Positions 41,849 through 54,578 of a stretch of 64,000 nucleotides of DNA are shown in pieces. Source of the stretch: Anaeramoeba ignava BMAN (lineage: Eukaryota; Protista; Anaeramoebae); NCBI GenBank assembly GCA_028826165.1, contig JAPDFW010000119.1, positions 1-64,000 on the forward strand, written 5' to 3'. How positions within the stretch are numbered: the first letter of the stretch is position 1; the number at the start of each line of letters is the position of its first letter. The notes beneath the pieces were generated by a model. That model was not told the DNA's origin. It ran no database searches and saw only the letters and a list, made by a program, of their open reading frames with translations. A program made the translations under genes and the position numbers.

Positions 41849-43253
41849 ATGGAAGAATATAATGTTATTAAAGCTGGAACAATGTAAATTTTTAATTTTT
41901 AATTTTTTCAAAATTATTTTTTTGGATCGAATTTGATAAATTTTTATTATTATTTTTTAGAGATGGATCTGGAAGAGAAATACATGATAGGGCAATAAAA
42001 AGAGCTTTAATTTCTAATTGTAAAAAAAAATATTAATTTGAATCTAAATCAAAATTTATTTTATTGAAATATTTTTTTTTTAAAATAAAAGATCAACCAA
42101 AAAAAGATTCAAAAATTAAAACTGATCCTGAAAAAACAATTTTTATTGGTCGTTTAAATTTAGAAACAACAGAAGAAACATTGAAAAATGTTTTTGAAAA
42201 ATTTGGAGAAATTCAATATGTGAGATTAATTAGAGATATTGGTAAATTTTATAGATGAAATTTAGTTTAATATTTTTTGAATTAAAGAAATTTGAAAAAA
42301 ATTTTTAAATTGAAAACAATATTAATTTTAGTAACAGGATTTTCAAAGAGATATGCTTTTATAGAATTTAAGCATAGAAGTGATTTTAAAAGGGTTTTAA
42401 ATGTAAATATTAAATATTGAATTAAATATTAAATATTGAATTAAATTAAATATTGAATATTAAATATTGAATATTAAATATTAAAAATTGAATTGAATTG
42501 AATTAAAAATTAAATAAAATATTAAATATTAAATTAAATATTAAATATTAAATATTAAATATTAAATATTAAATATTAAATATTAAATATTAAATATTAA
42601 ATATTAAATATTAAATATTAAATATTAAATATTAAATTGAATAATGAATTAAATATTAAATATTGAATTGAATTAAATATTGAATATTAAATATTAAAAA
42701 TTAAATTAAATTAATTTTGAAGACAAGAAATAAAATGAAGATTGATGGAAATGAGATTTTAGTGGATTCACAAAGAGGAAACTTTCAGGAAAATTGGATT
42801 CCAAGAAGATTTGGAGGAGGTTTAGGTGGTGAAAAAAAATCAGGACAAATGAGATTTGGAGGAAAACTAACTCCTTTTCGGAAAATTAGAAATCAAAAAA
42901 GAAAAATAGATATCCCAATCCAAAATGAAGAAATTTCAAGAAGAAGAAAATCAAATCAAAAAGAAACAGAAAAAGAAAAAGATAATAAAAATAAATATTC
43001 AAATTATGATTATCAAAAAAAACATCAACATCAACATCAACATCAAAGTCATCAACATCAACATCAAAGTCATCAGCATCATAAACATCATAAATATCAT
43101 CAACATTATGAACATCAAAGTCATCAGCATTATGAACATCAAAGTCATCAGCATCATAAATATCATCAACATTATGAACATTATAAATATCATCAACATT
43201 ATGAACATTATAAAAGTGAAAAGGAGAATAAGAATAAGAAAGGAAACAATTGA
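41849..43253 (+). CDS. SNRNP35: U11/U12 snRNP 35-kDa protein (minor spliceosome); exons 41849-41883, 41961-42019, 42092-42241, 42332-42402, 42723-43253
   Basis: Spliced [32 protein letters not shown]...[12 protein letters not shown]...[19 protein letters not shown]...[30 protein letters not shown]. The KAGxIDG..HDRA and GxKxSGQxRFGG..PFRK motifs are typical of 35K rather than U1-70K. Confidence 0.92.
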
Positions 43254-43573
43254 ATTGAATATTAATTTTATTTTAATTGAATTGTATTGATTTCTTGACT
43301 GTTTTTGATTTTCTTTGTTGTAAAAAAAATTTTAATCAAAAAGAAATCTCCTTTCTTCTTTTTTATTTTATTTTTTTTATTTTTTTTATTTTTTTCAATT
43401 AAATGATCTTGTTTAAAAAAAAAAACCCCATTAAATAATAAAAATAAAAAAAAAAAAGATTTCATTTTTTTCATTATTTTATTAATTTTATTACTTTTTT
43501 TTTCAATTTATTTTTTTGGTTAATCCAAAAAAAAAAAAACACATAATTTAACGAACTAAAACAAAAAAAAAAT

Positions 43574-44926
43574 ATGGGAAATATAAATGAAAGTTTAAGT
43601 GCTATTATTACTCCTGTTAAATCTTATAAAATGCCTTTAAAAAGATATAAAAGTTTATTAAATGCAACAGCAGAAGCAATTTGTACTTTTTCAAAAGATG
43701 GAAAAATAACTGAGATCAACAAACAAGCAATTGAAATTTTAGGTGGAAAATCTTCAAGTGAATTTATTCAAAAAAGTTATAAAAATTTTATTGAAAAAGA
43801 GCAACCACATCTTGATTTAAGTGTTGAAATTTATTTAAATCAATTAATAGATTCTTTAGTTGTGTAAATTAAAAATCAAAATTAAAATCAAAAATAAAAT
43901 CAAAACTAAAATCAAAATCAAAATCAAAATTAAAAATCAAAATCAAAATTAAAAATCAAAATTGAAATTAAAATCATAATTAAAATAAAATCAAAACTAA
44001 AATCAAAATTAAAATTAAAATTAAAATTAAAATCAAAAATAAAATCAAAACTAAAATCAAAATTAAAATTAAAATCAAAATCAAAATTAAAATTAAAATC
44101 AAAATTAAAATTAAAATTAAAATTAAAAATCAAATCAAAATCAAAATCAAAATCAAAATCAAAATTTGAATAAAAAAAAAGAGATCCACAAAAATCAACA
44201 GGATTTGATCTTCTTGCATTAAGAATAGATGGAAATAATCAATGGGTTCATTGTAATGTTTCCCCAATATTTTTATCCAAAGGAACAATTCTTCAAGTTA
44301 TAATTAAATCCACTTTTCCAAGAACAAAATCAAGAAATTTAGAACAGAAAAAAGAAAATGAAAATGAAAATGAAAAAGAAAAAATTATCAGAAAAAATTC
44401 TGATCTAAAATCTTTTGAGATTAATTCAAAAAAAGAAAATTCTTATCAAGATGAAAAAGATGAAAAATTGGAATTAAAAGAAAAAATTATGATAAACAAA
44501 TTGAAACTGAAAAATTTGAAACAAAAGAAAAAAGAAGTTAAAAAAGCAAAAAAAGATACTTGGAAAAAAGAGAAAAATATGAAAAGGAAACGAATTCAAG
44601 AACTTATAAAATCAATCCAATTTTCTCAAACAGTTTTCGAAAAAGTGGAACAAAATTTACAACAAAAAGAAAAGGAAACTCAAAAAATTTCACAACTTGA
44701 AGATTTATCAAAAACAAATGCAAATGAAATTGAAAAATTAATCCAAAAAATTTCTGAAATTAAATCAAAAAATCAAAAAAAAATTTCTTTGCTTAAAAAA
44801 AATTTGAAAAAGGAATTGGAAGAAAAAGAAAAGGAATTGATAAAATCTGAAAATGAAATTCACAGACTTTCAAACAGAATTAAACTTGTTGAAGAACAAA
44901 AAGAAAATTTAAGTCTTCTTATATAA
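43574..44926 (+). CDS. PAS/PAC-domain protein with C-terminal coiled coil; exons 43574-43863 and 44182-44926
   Basis: RYKSLLNATAEAICTFSKDGKITEINKQAIEILG (PAS) continues after splicing into RIDGNNQWVHCNVSPI (PAC), then K/E-rich heptads. Confidence 0.75.
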
Positions 44927-45027
44927 AAATAAAAATCAAATTCAAAATCAAAATTACAAAAAATTTTTTCATTTTATTTTTTCATTTTTTTTCAATTCAA
45001 TTCAATTCAATAAAACAAAATGAACCC

Positions 45028-46150
45028 AAATCAAAATCAAAATCAAAATCAAAATCAAAATCAAAATCAAAATCAAAATCAAAATCAAAATCAAAATCAA
45101 AATCAAAATCAAAATCAAAATCAAAATCAAAATCAAAATCAAAATCAAAACCAAAATCAAAATCAAAATCAAAATCAAAATCAAAATCAAAATCAAAATC
45201 AAAATCAAAATCAAAATCAAAATCAAAATCAAAATCAAAATCAAAATCAAAATCAAAATCAAAATCAAAATCAAAATCAAAATCAAAATCAAAATCAAAA
45301 TCAAAATCAAAATTAAAATCAAAATCAAAATTAAAATCAAAATCAAAATTAAAATTAAAATCAAAATCAAAATCGAAATCAAAATCAAAATCAAAATCAA
45401 AATCAAAATCAAAATCAAAATCAAAATCAAAATCAAAATCAAAATCAAAAATCAAAATCAAAATCAAAATCAAAATCAAAATCAAAATCAAAATCAAAAT
45501 CAAAATCAAAATCAAAATCAAAATCAAAATCAAAATCAAAATCAAAATCAAAACCAAATCAAAATCAAAATCAAAATCAAAATCAAAATCAAAATCAAAA
45601 TCAAAATCAAAATCAAAATCAAAATCAAAATCAAAATCAAAATCAAAATCAAAATCAAAATCAAAATAAAAATCAAAATCAAAACCAAAATCAAAATCAA
45701 AATCAAAATCAAAATCAAAATAAAAATCAAAATCAAAATCAAAATCAAAATCAAAATCAAAATCAAAATCAAAATCAAAATCAAATCAAAATCAAAATCA
45801 AAATCAAAATCAAAATCAAAATCAAAATCAAAATGAAAATCAAAATCAAAATCAAAACCCAAATCAAAATCAAAATCAAAATCAAAATCAAAATCAAATC
45901 AAAATCAAAATCAAAATCAAAATCAAAATCAAAATCAAAATCAAAATCAAAATCAAAATCAAAATCAAAATCAAAATCAAAATCAAAATCAAAATCAAAA
46001 TCAAAATCTAAATCAAAATAAAAATCAAAATCAAAATCAAAATAAAAATGAAAATCAAAATTAAAATTAAAATCAAAATAAAAATGAAAATCAAAATTAA
46101 AATTAAAATTAAAATTAAAATTAAAATTAAAATTAAAATCAAAATTAAAA
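45028..46150. repeat. (AATCAA)n tract of ~1.1 kb starting at an orphan MNP(NQ)n start codon (45020)
   Basis: Same 5' context and ATGAACCCAAAT start as the RCC1-BTB paralogs at 48052 and 50394. Confidence 0.9.
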
Positions 46151-46178
46151 ATCATTTTTCTTTTTTTTCTTTTCAAAA

Positions 46179-47957
46179 ATGAATGAAATTTTATATTTTG
46201 GTTTAAATGATTTTCCAAAACTTATAAAAAATAAACCAAAAAAAATAAAAAAACCAATTCAATTTAAATTTGAATTTGAATTTGAATTTGAAAATGAAAA
46301 ACAAATTAAACAAATTTCAACAGGAGGTTTTGGAACAATTTTCCTTTTTGAAAACGGAACAGCAATACAATATTTAAATGAAGATCAAGATTATCAAGTT
46401 GAAAATCCTGAAGAAATTGAAATTGAAAATGAAAATATTCAAAAAGTAACTGTTGGTGATGAAAATGAAGCTATTTTAACAATAGAAGGAAATATATTTG
46501 CCAAAGGAGAAGATATTAATCCAGAAAATCCAAAAGAAATTATCAATATTTCATCATTAATTGAAGATAAAAATGATAGAATAATTGAAGATGTTGTTTC
46601 TGGATATAGTTCAGTTTACTTATTAACTTCAAACCAAAATGTTTATGGAATTGGTTCAAATCAATATGGTCAACTTGGTTTTGATTCTGGAATACTTAAA
46701 AAAACAGAAAAACCAATTTTAATGATGAAAAATGTTTCTAAAATATTTTCAGGAAATTCTTCAGAATATGTTTTTCTTTTAAATTCAAATCAAGAATTAT
46801 TTGGATGCGGTGATAATAGTTCTAGTCAACTTGGATTAGGAGAATCAAGAAAAGCAAAAATCGATAAATTAACCAAAATCCAAAATATTCCAAAAGGTAA
46901 AATAATTGATATTCAATGTGGAAGTTCTCATTCAATAATGTTGATTGAAAATCAAAATCAAAATCAAAATCAAAATCCAAAAAGAAAACTTTATTCATGT
47001 GGAGATTATGAATATAATGGACTTGGCAAATATGAAGAAAATACTTATGAATTTACTGAAATCAAATCATCTTTATTTGAAAATGATAATATTGTTGATT
47101 TTTCTTGTGGATTTAATCATACTTTGATTTTAACTTCCAAATCAAAATTAATCGGATTTGGAAATAATTTCTCTGGACAATTAGGAACTGAAGATATAGA
47201 ATATAATCAATTAATTCCAATTCAAATTGAACTTCCTAAATTAATATTTAATGAAAATATTTCTAATTATCATATTTCTTGTGGAGATTCGGATTCATTT
47301 CTTTATTATTCTCCTTCTTTTTCCAATCTTGAAGAAGATTTGATAAAATTATTTGAAAGAAAAGAATTTTGTGATATTTCATTTAAAACCAAAAATGGAG
47401 AAATAATTGAAGCTCATAAATTAATATTGAAATATAGATTAAATCAAAATCAAAATCAAATTGAAAAACTTCAAGAAATAATTTCAAAAAAATCAATTAA
47501 AGAATCAAATCAAATATTTGAAATGATTTATTCAAATAATTCCAAAATAAATCCAAAATTATATTTTGAAATTAAAGAAATTATAAATTCAAATGAAAAA
47601 ATAGAAGAAACAATGAAAAGAATTTATTTAAATGAAAATGAAAAAGATTTTATAATTGAAAGAAAAGAAAAGAAATATAAATTTCCTAAATTAATATTAA
47701 TAATGAGAAGTGAATTATATCGAGGAATGTTTTTATCTGTAACAGAAGATACTTCTAATAAAGTTACAGATTATAGTGAATTAAGTAATAAATCTTTTCA
47801 AATATTTGAATATTGGATTTATTCAAATCAAATCAAAGATGGAATTCAAATTACACAAGAAATCATTGATGAATTAGAAAGAGGAATTGATTATTTTCAA
47901 TTAAATCAAACAAATCCAAATTTATTTGATTTATTAATTAATAAATTTAATAATTAA
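46179..47957 (+). CDS. RCC1-repeat + double BTB-like protein, copy A
   Basis: RCC1 motifs GSNQYGQLG, GCGDNSSSQLGLG, CGFNHTLIL, GFGNNFSGQLG; BTB motifs EFCDISF..IEAHKLILKYR and FPKLILIMRSELYRGMFLSV..DYFQLN; intronless. Confidence 0.92.
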   Translation: MNEILYFGLNDFPKLIKNKPKKIKKPIQFKFEFEFEFENEKQIKQISTGGFGTIFLFENGTAIQYLNEDQDYQVENPEEIEIENENIQKVTVGDENEAILTIEGNIFAKGEDINPENPKEIINISSLIEDKNDRIIEDVVSGYSSVYLLTSNQNVYGIGSNQYGQLGFDSGILKKTEKPILMMKNVSKIFSGNSSEYVFLLNSNQELFGCGDNSSSQLGLGESRKAKIDKLTKIQNIPKGKIIDIQCGSSHSIMLIENQNQNQNQNPKRKLYSCGDYEYNGLGKYEENTYEFTEIKSSLFENDNIVDFSCGFNHTLILTSKSKLIGFGNNFSGQLGTEDIEYNQLIPIQIELPKLIFNENISNYHISCGDSDSFLYYSPSFSNLEEDLIKLFERKEFCDISFKTKNGEIIEAHKLILKYRLNQNQNQIEKLQEIISKKSIKESNQIFEMIYSNNSKINPKLYFEIKEIINSNEKIEETMKRIYLNENEKDFIIERKEKKYKFPKLILIMRSELYRGMFLSVTEDTSNKVTDYSELSNKSFQIFEYWIYSNQIKDGIQITQEIIDELERGIDYFQLNQTNPNLFDLLINKFNN

Positions 47958-48051
47958 AATAAAAATCAAAATTAAAATCAAAATTACAAAAAATTTTTTC
48001 ATTTTATTTTTTCATTTTTTTTCTTTTCAATTCAATTCAATAAAACAAAAA

Positions 48052-49946
48052 ATGAACCCAAATCAAAATAAAAATCAAAATCAAAATCAAAATCAAAATC
48101 AAAATCAAAATCAAAATCAAAATCAAAATGAAAATCAAAATCAAAATCAAAATCAAAATGAAATTTTATATTTTTGGTTTAAATGATTTTCCAAAACTTA
48201 TCACAAATGAACCAAATGAAATAAAAAAACCAATTCAATTTAAATTTGAAAATGAATTTGAATTTGAAAATGAAAAACAAATTAAACAAATTTCAACAGG
48301 AAGTTTTGGAACAATTTTCCTTTTTGAAAACGGAACAGCAATACAATATTTAAATGAAGATCAAGATTATCAAGTTGAAAATCCTGAAGAAATTGAAATT
48401 GAAAATGAAAATATTCAAAAAGTATCTGTTGGTTCTCAAATTGAAGCTATTTTAACAAAAGAAGGAAATATATTTGCCAAAGGAGAATATATTAATCCAA
48501 ATAATCCAAATGAATTTATCAATATTTCATCATTAATTGAAGATAAAAATGATAGAATAATTGAAGATATTGTTTCTGGATCTAAATCAATTTACTTATT
48601 AACTTCAAATCATATAGTTTATGGAATTGGTTCAAATTCTTATGGTCAACTTGGTTCTGATGAAAACTTTGATTATACAGAAATTCCAATTTTAATGATG
48701 AAAAATGTTTCTAAAATATTTTCAGGAAATACTTCAGAACATGCTTTTCTTTTAGATCCAAATGAAGAATTATTTGTATGCGGAAATAATGGTGATGGTC
48801 AACTTGGATTAGGAGAATCAAGAAAAGGAAAAATCCAAAAATTAACCAAAATCCAAAATATTCCAAAAGGCAAAATAATTGATATTCAATGCGGATTGAG
48901 TAATTCAATAATGATGATTGCAAATGATGTTGGAAAAAGAAAACTTTATTCATGTGGAAATTATTATTCAAATGGACTTGGAACAGAAAAATATGAAGAA
49001 CATACTTATGAATTTACTGAAATCAAATCATCTTTATTTGAAAATGATTATATTATTGATTTTTCTGTTGGATTTAATCATACTTTGATTTTAACATATA
49101 ATTCAAAATTAATAGTATTTGGAAATAATGAATTTGGACAATTAGGAACTGAAGATATAGAATATGATCAATTAATTCCAATTCAAATTGAACTTCCTAA
49201 ATTAAGATTTAATGAAAATATTTCCAATTATCATCTTTCTTGTGAAGAAGGCAAATCATTTATTTATTATTCTCCTTCTCTTTCTTCTTTTTTTTCCAAT
49301 CTTGAAGAAGATTTGATAAAACTATTCCGAAAGAAAAGAATTTTGTGATATTTCATTTAAAACCAAAAATGGAGAAATAATTGAAGCTCATAAATTAATA
49401 TTGAAATATAGATTAAATCAAAATGAAAATGAAATTGAAAAACTTCAAGAAATTATTTCAAATAAATCAATTAAAGAATCAAATCAAATATTTGAAATGA
49501 TTTATTCAAACAGAATAATAAATCCAATATTATATTCTGAAATTAAAGAAATTATAAATTCCAATGAAAAAATTGAAGAAACAATGAAAAGAATTTATTT
49601 AAATGAAAATGAAAATGAAAATGAAAAAGATTTTATAATTGAAAGAAAAGAAAAGAAATATAAATTTCCTAAATTAATATTAATAATGAGAAGTGAATTA
49701 TATCGAGGAATGTTTTTATCTGTAACTGAAGATACTTCAAATAAAGTTAAAGATTATAGTGAATTAAGTAATAAACCATTTCAAATATTAGAATATTGGA
49801 TTTATTCAAATCAAATCAAAGATGGAATTCAAATTACACAAGAAATCATTGATGAAATTCAAATTGGAATTGATTATTTTCAATTAAATCAAACAAATCC
49901 AAATTTATTTGATTTATTAATTAGGAAATTTAATAATCAAAATTAA
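48052..49946 (+). pseudogene. RCC1-BTB copy B with two +1 homopolymer frameshifts (~48175, ~49331); pseudogene or assembly error
   Basis: ORFs 48128..49348 and 49401..49946 join. TATTTTTGGT has one more T than copy A, and CGAAAGAAAAG has one more A than copy C. Confidence 0.8.
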
Positions 49947-50393
49947 AATTAAAATTAAAATTAAAATTAAAATTAAAATTAAAATTAAATTATTAATTAG
50001 GAAATTTAATAATCAAAATTAAAATTAAAATTAAAATTAAAATTAAAATTAAAATTAAAATTAAAATTAAAATTAAAATTAATATTAAAAATTAAAATTA
50101 AAATTAAAATTAAAATTAAAATTAAAATTAAAATTAAAATTAAAATTAAAATTAAAATTAAAATCAAAATTAAAATTAAAATTAAAATTAAAATTAAAAT
50201 TAAAATTAAAATTAAAATTAAAATTAAAATTAAAATTAAAATTAAAAATTAAAATTAAAATTAAAATTAAAATTAAAATTAAAATTAAAATCAAAATTAA
50301 AATTCAAAATCAAATTCAAAATCAAAATTAAAATTAAAATTAAAAAAATTTTTTCATTTTATTTTTTCATTTTTTTCAATTCAATAAAACAAA

Positions 50394-52277
50394 ATGAACC
50401 CAAATCAAAATCAAAATCAAAATCAAAATCAAAATCAAAATCAAAATCAAAATCAAAATCAAAATCAAAATCAAAATCAAAATCAAAATCAAAATCAAAA
50501 TCAAAATGAATTTTTATTTTTTGGTTTAAATGATTTTCCAAAACTTACCACAAATGAACCAGAAAAAATAAAAAAACCAATTCAATTTAAATTTGAAAAT
50601 GAAAATGAAAATGAAAATGAAAATAAAAAACAAATTAAACAAATTTCATCAGGAAGTTTTTCAACAATTTTCCTTTTTGAAAACGGAAAAGCAATACAAT
50701 ATTTAAAGGGAAATCAAAATACTCAAAAAATCCAAATTAAAAATATTCAAAAAGTATCTGGTATTTATCATATTGAAGCTATTTTAACAAAAGAAGGAAA
50801 TGTATTTGCCAAAGGAAATGATGTTAATCCAAAAAATCCACATCAACTTATTAATATTTCATCATTAATTGAAGATAAAAATGATAGAATAATTCAAGAT
50901 ATTGTTTCTGGAAATACTTCAGTTTACTTATTAACTTCAAATCAAAATGTTTATGGAATTGGTTCAAATGAATATGGTCAACTTGGTTTAGATTCCAAAA
51001 TGTTTGGATATAAACAAAAACCAATTTTAATGATGAAAAATGTTTCTAAAATATTTTCAGGAAATTTTTCAGAATATGTTTTTCTTTTGGATTCAAATCA
51101 AGAATTATTTGGATGCGGATGGAATTCATATGGTCAACTTGGATTAGGAGAATCAAGAAAAGGAAAAATCCAAAAATTAACCAAAATCCAAAATATTCCA
51201 AAAGGCAAAATAATTGATATTCAATGCTCTGATGCTCATTCAATAATGATGATTGCAAATGATGTTGGAAAAAGAAAACTTTATTCATGTGGAAATTATT
51301 ATTCAAATGGACTTGGAACAGAAAAATATGAAGAGGATACTTATGAATTTACTGAAATTAAATCATCTTTATTTGAAAATGATTATATTATTGATTTTTC
51401 TGTTGGATTTAATCATACTTTGATTTTAACATATAATTCAAAATTAATAGGATTTGGAAATAATGAATTTGGACAATTAGGAACTGAAGATATAGAATAT
51501 GATCAACTAACTCCAATTCAAATTGAACTTCCTAAATTAAGATTTAATGAAAATATTTCCAATTATCATCTTTCTTGTGGAGATTCGGATTCATTTCTTT
51601 ATTATTCTCCTTTTCTTTCTTCTTTTTTTTCCAATCTTGAAGAAGATTTGATAAAACTATTTCGAAGAAAAGAATTTTGCAATATTTCATTTAAAACAGA
51701 AAATGGAGAAATAATTGAAGCTCATAAATTAATATTGAAATATAGATTAAAAGATGAAAATCAAATTGAAAAACTTCAAGAAATTATTTCAAATAAATCA
51801 ATTAAAGAATCAAATCAAATATTTGAAATGATTTATTCAAACAGAATAATAAATCCAATATTATATTCTGAAATTAAAGAAATTATAAATTCCAATGAAA
51901 AAATTGAAGAAACAATGAAAAGAATTTATTTAAATGAAAATGAAAATGAAAATGAAAAAGATTTTATTATTGAAAGAAAAGAAAAACAATATAAATTTCC
52001 TAAATTAATATTAATAATGAGAAGTGAATTATATCGAGGAATGTTTTTATCTGTAACTGAAGATACTTCAAATAAAGTTAAAGATTATAGTGAATTAAGT
52101 AATAAACCATTTCAAATATTAGAATATTGGATTTATTCAAATCAAATCAAAGATGGAATTCAAATTACAGAAGAAATCATTGATGAAATTCAAATTGGAA
52201 TTGATTATTTTCAATTAAATCAAACAAATCCAAATTTATTTGATTTATTAATTAAAAAATTTAATAATCAAAATTAA
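50394..52277 (+). CDS. RCC1-repeat + double BTB-like protein, copy C, with N-terminal (NQ)n
   Basis: Intact 627-aa ORF with the same motifs. Confidence 0.92.
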   Translation: MNPNQNQNQNQNQNQNQNQNQNQNQNQNQNQNQNQNQNEFLFFGLNDFPKLTTNEPEKIKKPIQFKFENENENENENKKQIKQISSGSFSTIFLFENGKAIQYLKGNQNTQKIQIKNIQKVSGIYHIEAILTKEGNVFAKGNDVNPKNPHQLINISSLIEDKNDRIIQDIVSGNTSVYLLTSNQNVYGIGSNEYGQLGLDSKMFGYKQKPILMMKNVSKIFSGNFSEYVFLLDSNQELFGCGWNSYGQLGLGESRKGKIQKLTKIQNIPKGKIIDIQCSDAHSIMMIANDVGKRKLYSCGNYYSNGLGTEKYEEDTYEFTEIKSSLFENDYIIDFSVGFNHTLILTYNSKLIGFGNNEFGQLGTEDIEYDQLTPIQIELPKLRFNENISNYHLSCGDSDSFLYYSPFLSSFFSNLEEDLIKLFRRKEFCNISFKTENGEIIEAHKLILKYRLKDENQIEKLQEIISNKSIKESNQIFEMIYSNRIINPILYSEIKEIINSNEKIEETMKRIYLNENENENEKDFIIERKEKQYKFPKLILIMRSELYRGMFLSVTEDTSNKVKDYSELSNKPFQILEYWIYSNQIKDGIQITEEIIDEIQIGIDYFQLNQTNPNLFDLLIKKFNNQN

Positions 52278-52733
52278 AATTAAAATTAAAATTAAAATTA
52301 AAATTAAAATTAAAATTAAAATTAAAATTAAAATCAAAATCAAATCAAAAATTAAAATTAAAATTAAAATTAAAATTAAAATTAAAATCAAAATTAAAAT
52401 TAAAATCAAAATCAAAATCAAAATCAAAATCAAAATTAAAATCAAAATTAAAATTTAAAATTAAAATCAAAATTAAAATTTAAATTAAAATTAAAATTAA
52501 AATCAAAATCAAAATTAAAATTAAAATTAAAATCAAAATTAAAATTAAAATTAAAATTAAAATTAAATTAAAAATTAAAATTAAAATTAAAATCAAAAAT
52601 TAAAATTAAAATCAAAAATTAAAATTAAAATTAAAATTAAATTAAAATTTAAATTAAAAATTAAAATTAAAATCAAAATCAAAATTAAAATTTAAAAAAA
52701 TTTTTTCATTTTTTCATTTTTTTTTTTTCAAAA

Positions 52734-53678
52734 ATGTTTTTCCAAAAAAAAGCTCATTTAATTATTATATCCTTGTTAATTTTATCAAGTATAATTCCTG
52801 GATTTTTTTATATTCCTTGGAATTTAGAAAAATTATTAACTCTTTCAACAATTATTTTATTAATACAATTTTCCAGTTGTTTTTTATTTTCAATTTTTTT
52901 CATTAAAAAAAAGAATCATCAAATGAATTCTTTGAAAAAAACAAAGACTCAACAAACAAATATAAAATTTTTTAACAAGGGATCTTTTGTTGAAAAAATA
53001 TTAAGAAGATCTGTTTCAATGATTTTATTACTTTTGATTGGAATTATTTCATTTTATTTAATTGCAATATTATTTGGAGCACCATTATTATCGTAAAAAA
53101 AAATAATAAGAATAAGAATTAATTTTCATTTTAAATTTTTCGTTATTTATTCCGTTTTTTAAAGACAATTTAAAGATACATTTAATTGGGCTTATTTTAT
53201 ATCAATTCTTTCTTTGATTCCTTTAAGTTGCTTTTATTCAATAGATGATCTAACAAGCATAAAAAGTGTTTTATTACTCAGTTATTTTTTTGGAAGAAAA
53301 ATTGGATTAAAAGAAAAAGAAGATGAAAAAAAAGCAAAAATTGAGAAAATTGAAAAAAAAGCAAAAATTGAAGAAGTTGAAAAAATTCCCAAAGTTGAAA
53401 AAATAGGGAAAAAAAAAATGTCATATTCTGAAGATGAATTGGTTGAAAATTTTATTTTTGGATTGAGTTCTGTTAGTTTTATTGGACCTGTTATTGGGAC
53501 TTGGATAAGTTCTGTTGTTTATCCACTTGATTGGGATCGACCTTGGCAAAAGTGGCCAATTCCTGCTTGTTTTGGAAGTTTTTTTGGATATGAAGTTAGT
53601 TTGGTTTTGTTTTTTTTGTTTGCTTTATTTAGATTTAGAAGAAGAGAAGATGACTTAAACAAAAAGAAATTAAAATAA
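52734..53678 (+). CDS. PIGF: GPI biosynthesis protein PIG-F/Gpi11; exons 52734-53092, 53165-53678
   Basis: AILFGAPLL and PLDWDRPWQKWPIP signatures; multiple TM helices. Confidence 0.9.
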
Positions 53679-53679
53679 A

Positions 53680-54425
53680 ATTCATTTATAAAATTAAAAT
53701 TCATTTATAAAATTAAAATTAAAATAAAATTCATTTATAAAATTAAATTTAAAATTAAAATTCATTTATAAAATTAAAATTAAATTCATTTATAAAATTA
53801 AAATAAAATTCATTTATAAAATTAAAATTAAAATTTATAAAAATAAAATTCATTTATAAAATAAAATTAAAATTTAAAAATTAAAATTCATTTATAAAAT
53901 TAAAATTAAAATAAAATTCATTTATAAAATTAAAATAAAATTCATTTATAAAATTAAAATTAAATTCATTTATAAAATTAAATTCATTTATAAAATTAAA
54001 ATTAAAAATAAAATTCATTTATAAAATTAAAATTAAAATTCATTTATAAAATAAAAATTTATAAAATTAAAATAAAATTCATTTATAAAATTAAAATTAA
54101 AATTCATTTATAAAATTCATTTATAAAATTAAAATCAAATTCATTTATAAAACTAAAAATTAAAATTCATCAAATTCATTTATAAAATTAAAATTCGTTT
54201 ATAAAATTAAAATTCATTTAAAAATAAAATAAAATTTAAAATTTAAAAATTAAATTGAAATTAAAATTCATTTATAAAATTAAAATTAAAATAAAATTCA
54301 TTTTGAGTAAAATTAAAATAATTAAAATTCATTTATAAAATTAAAATTAAATTCATTTATGAAATTAAAATTCATTTATAAAATTAAAATTCAAAATTTT
54401 TTCATTTATAAAATTAAAATTCATT
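53680..54425. repeat. Irregular tandem repeat built on AAAATTCATTTATAAAATT
   Basis: Direct reading. Confidence 0.9.
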
Positions 54426-54578
54426 TTTTTTCATTTTAAAATTTTTTCATTTTTTAAAACGAAAAATAAAAGAATAAAAATGACAATTTAAAAATAAAAG
54501 AATTTAAAAATAAAAAGAAAATTTTTGTTTTATTTTTCATTTTTCTTCATTTTTGCTTTTAACGAACAAAAGAATAAA

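Noticed and set aside
41849-43253. U1-70K (SNRNP70) as an alternative identity
   Set aside because: Lacks the U1-70K N-terminal region and has the 35K-type KAGxIDG..HDRA and SGQxRFGG..PFRK motifs
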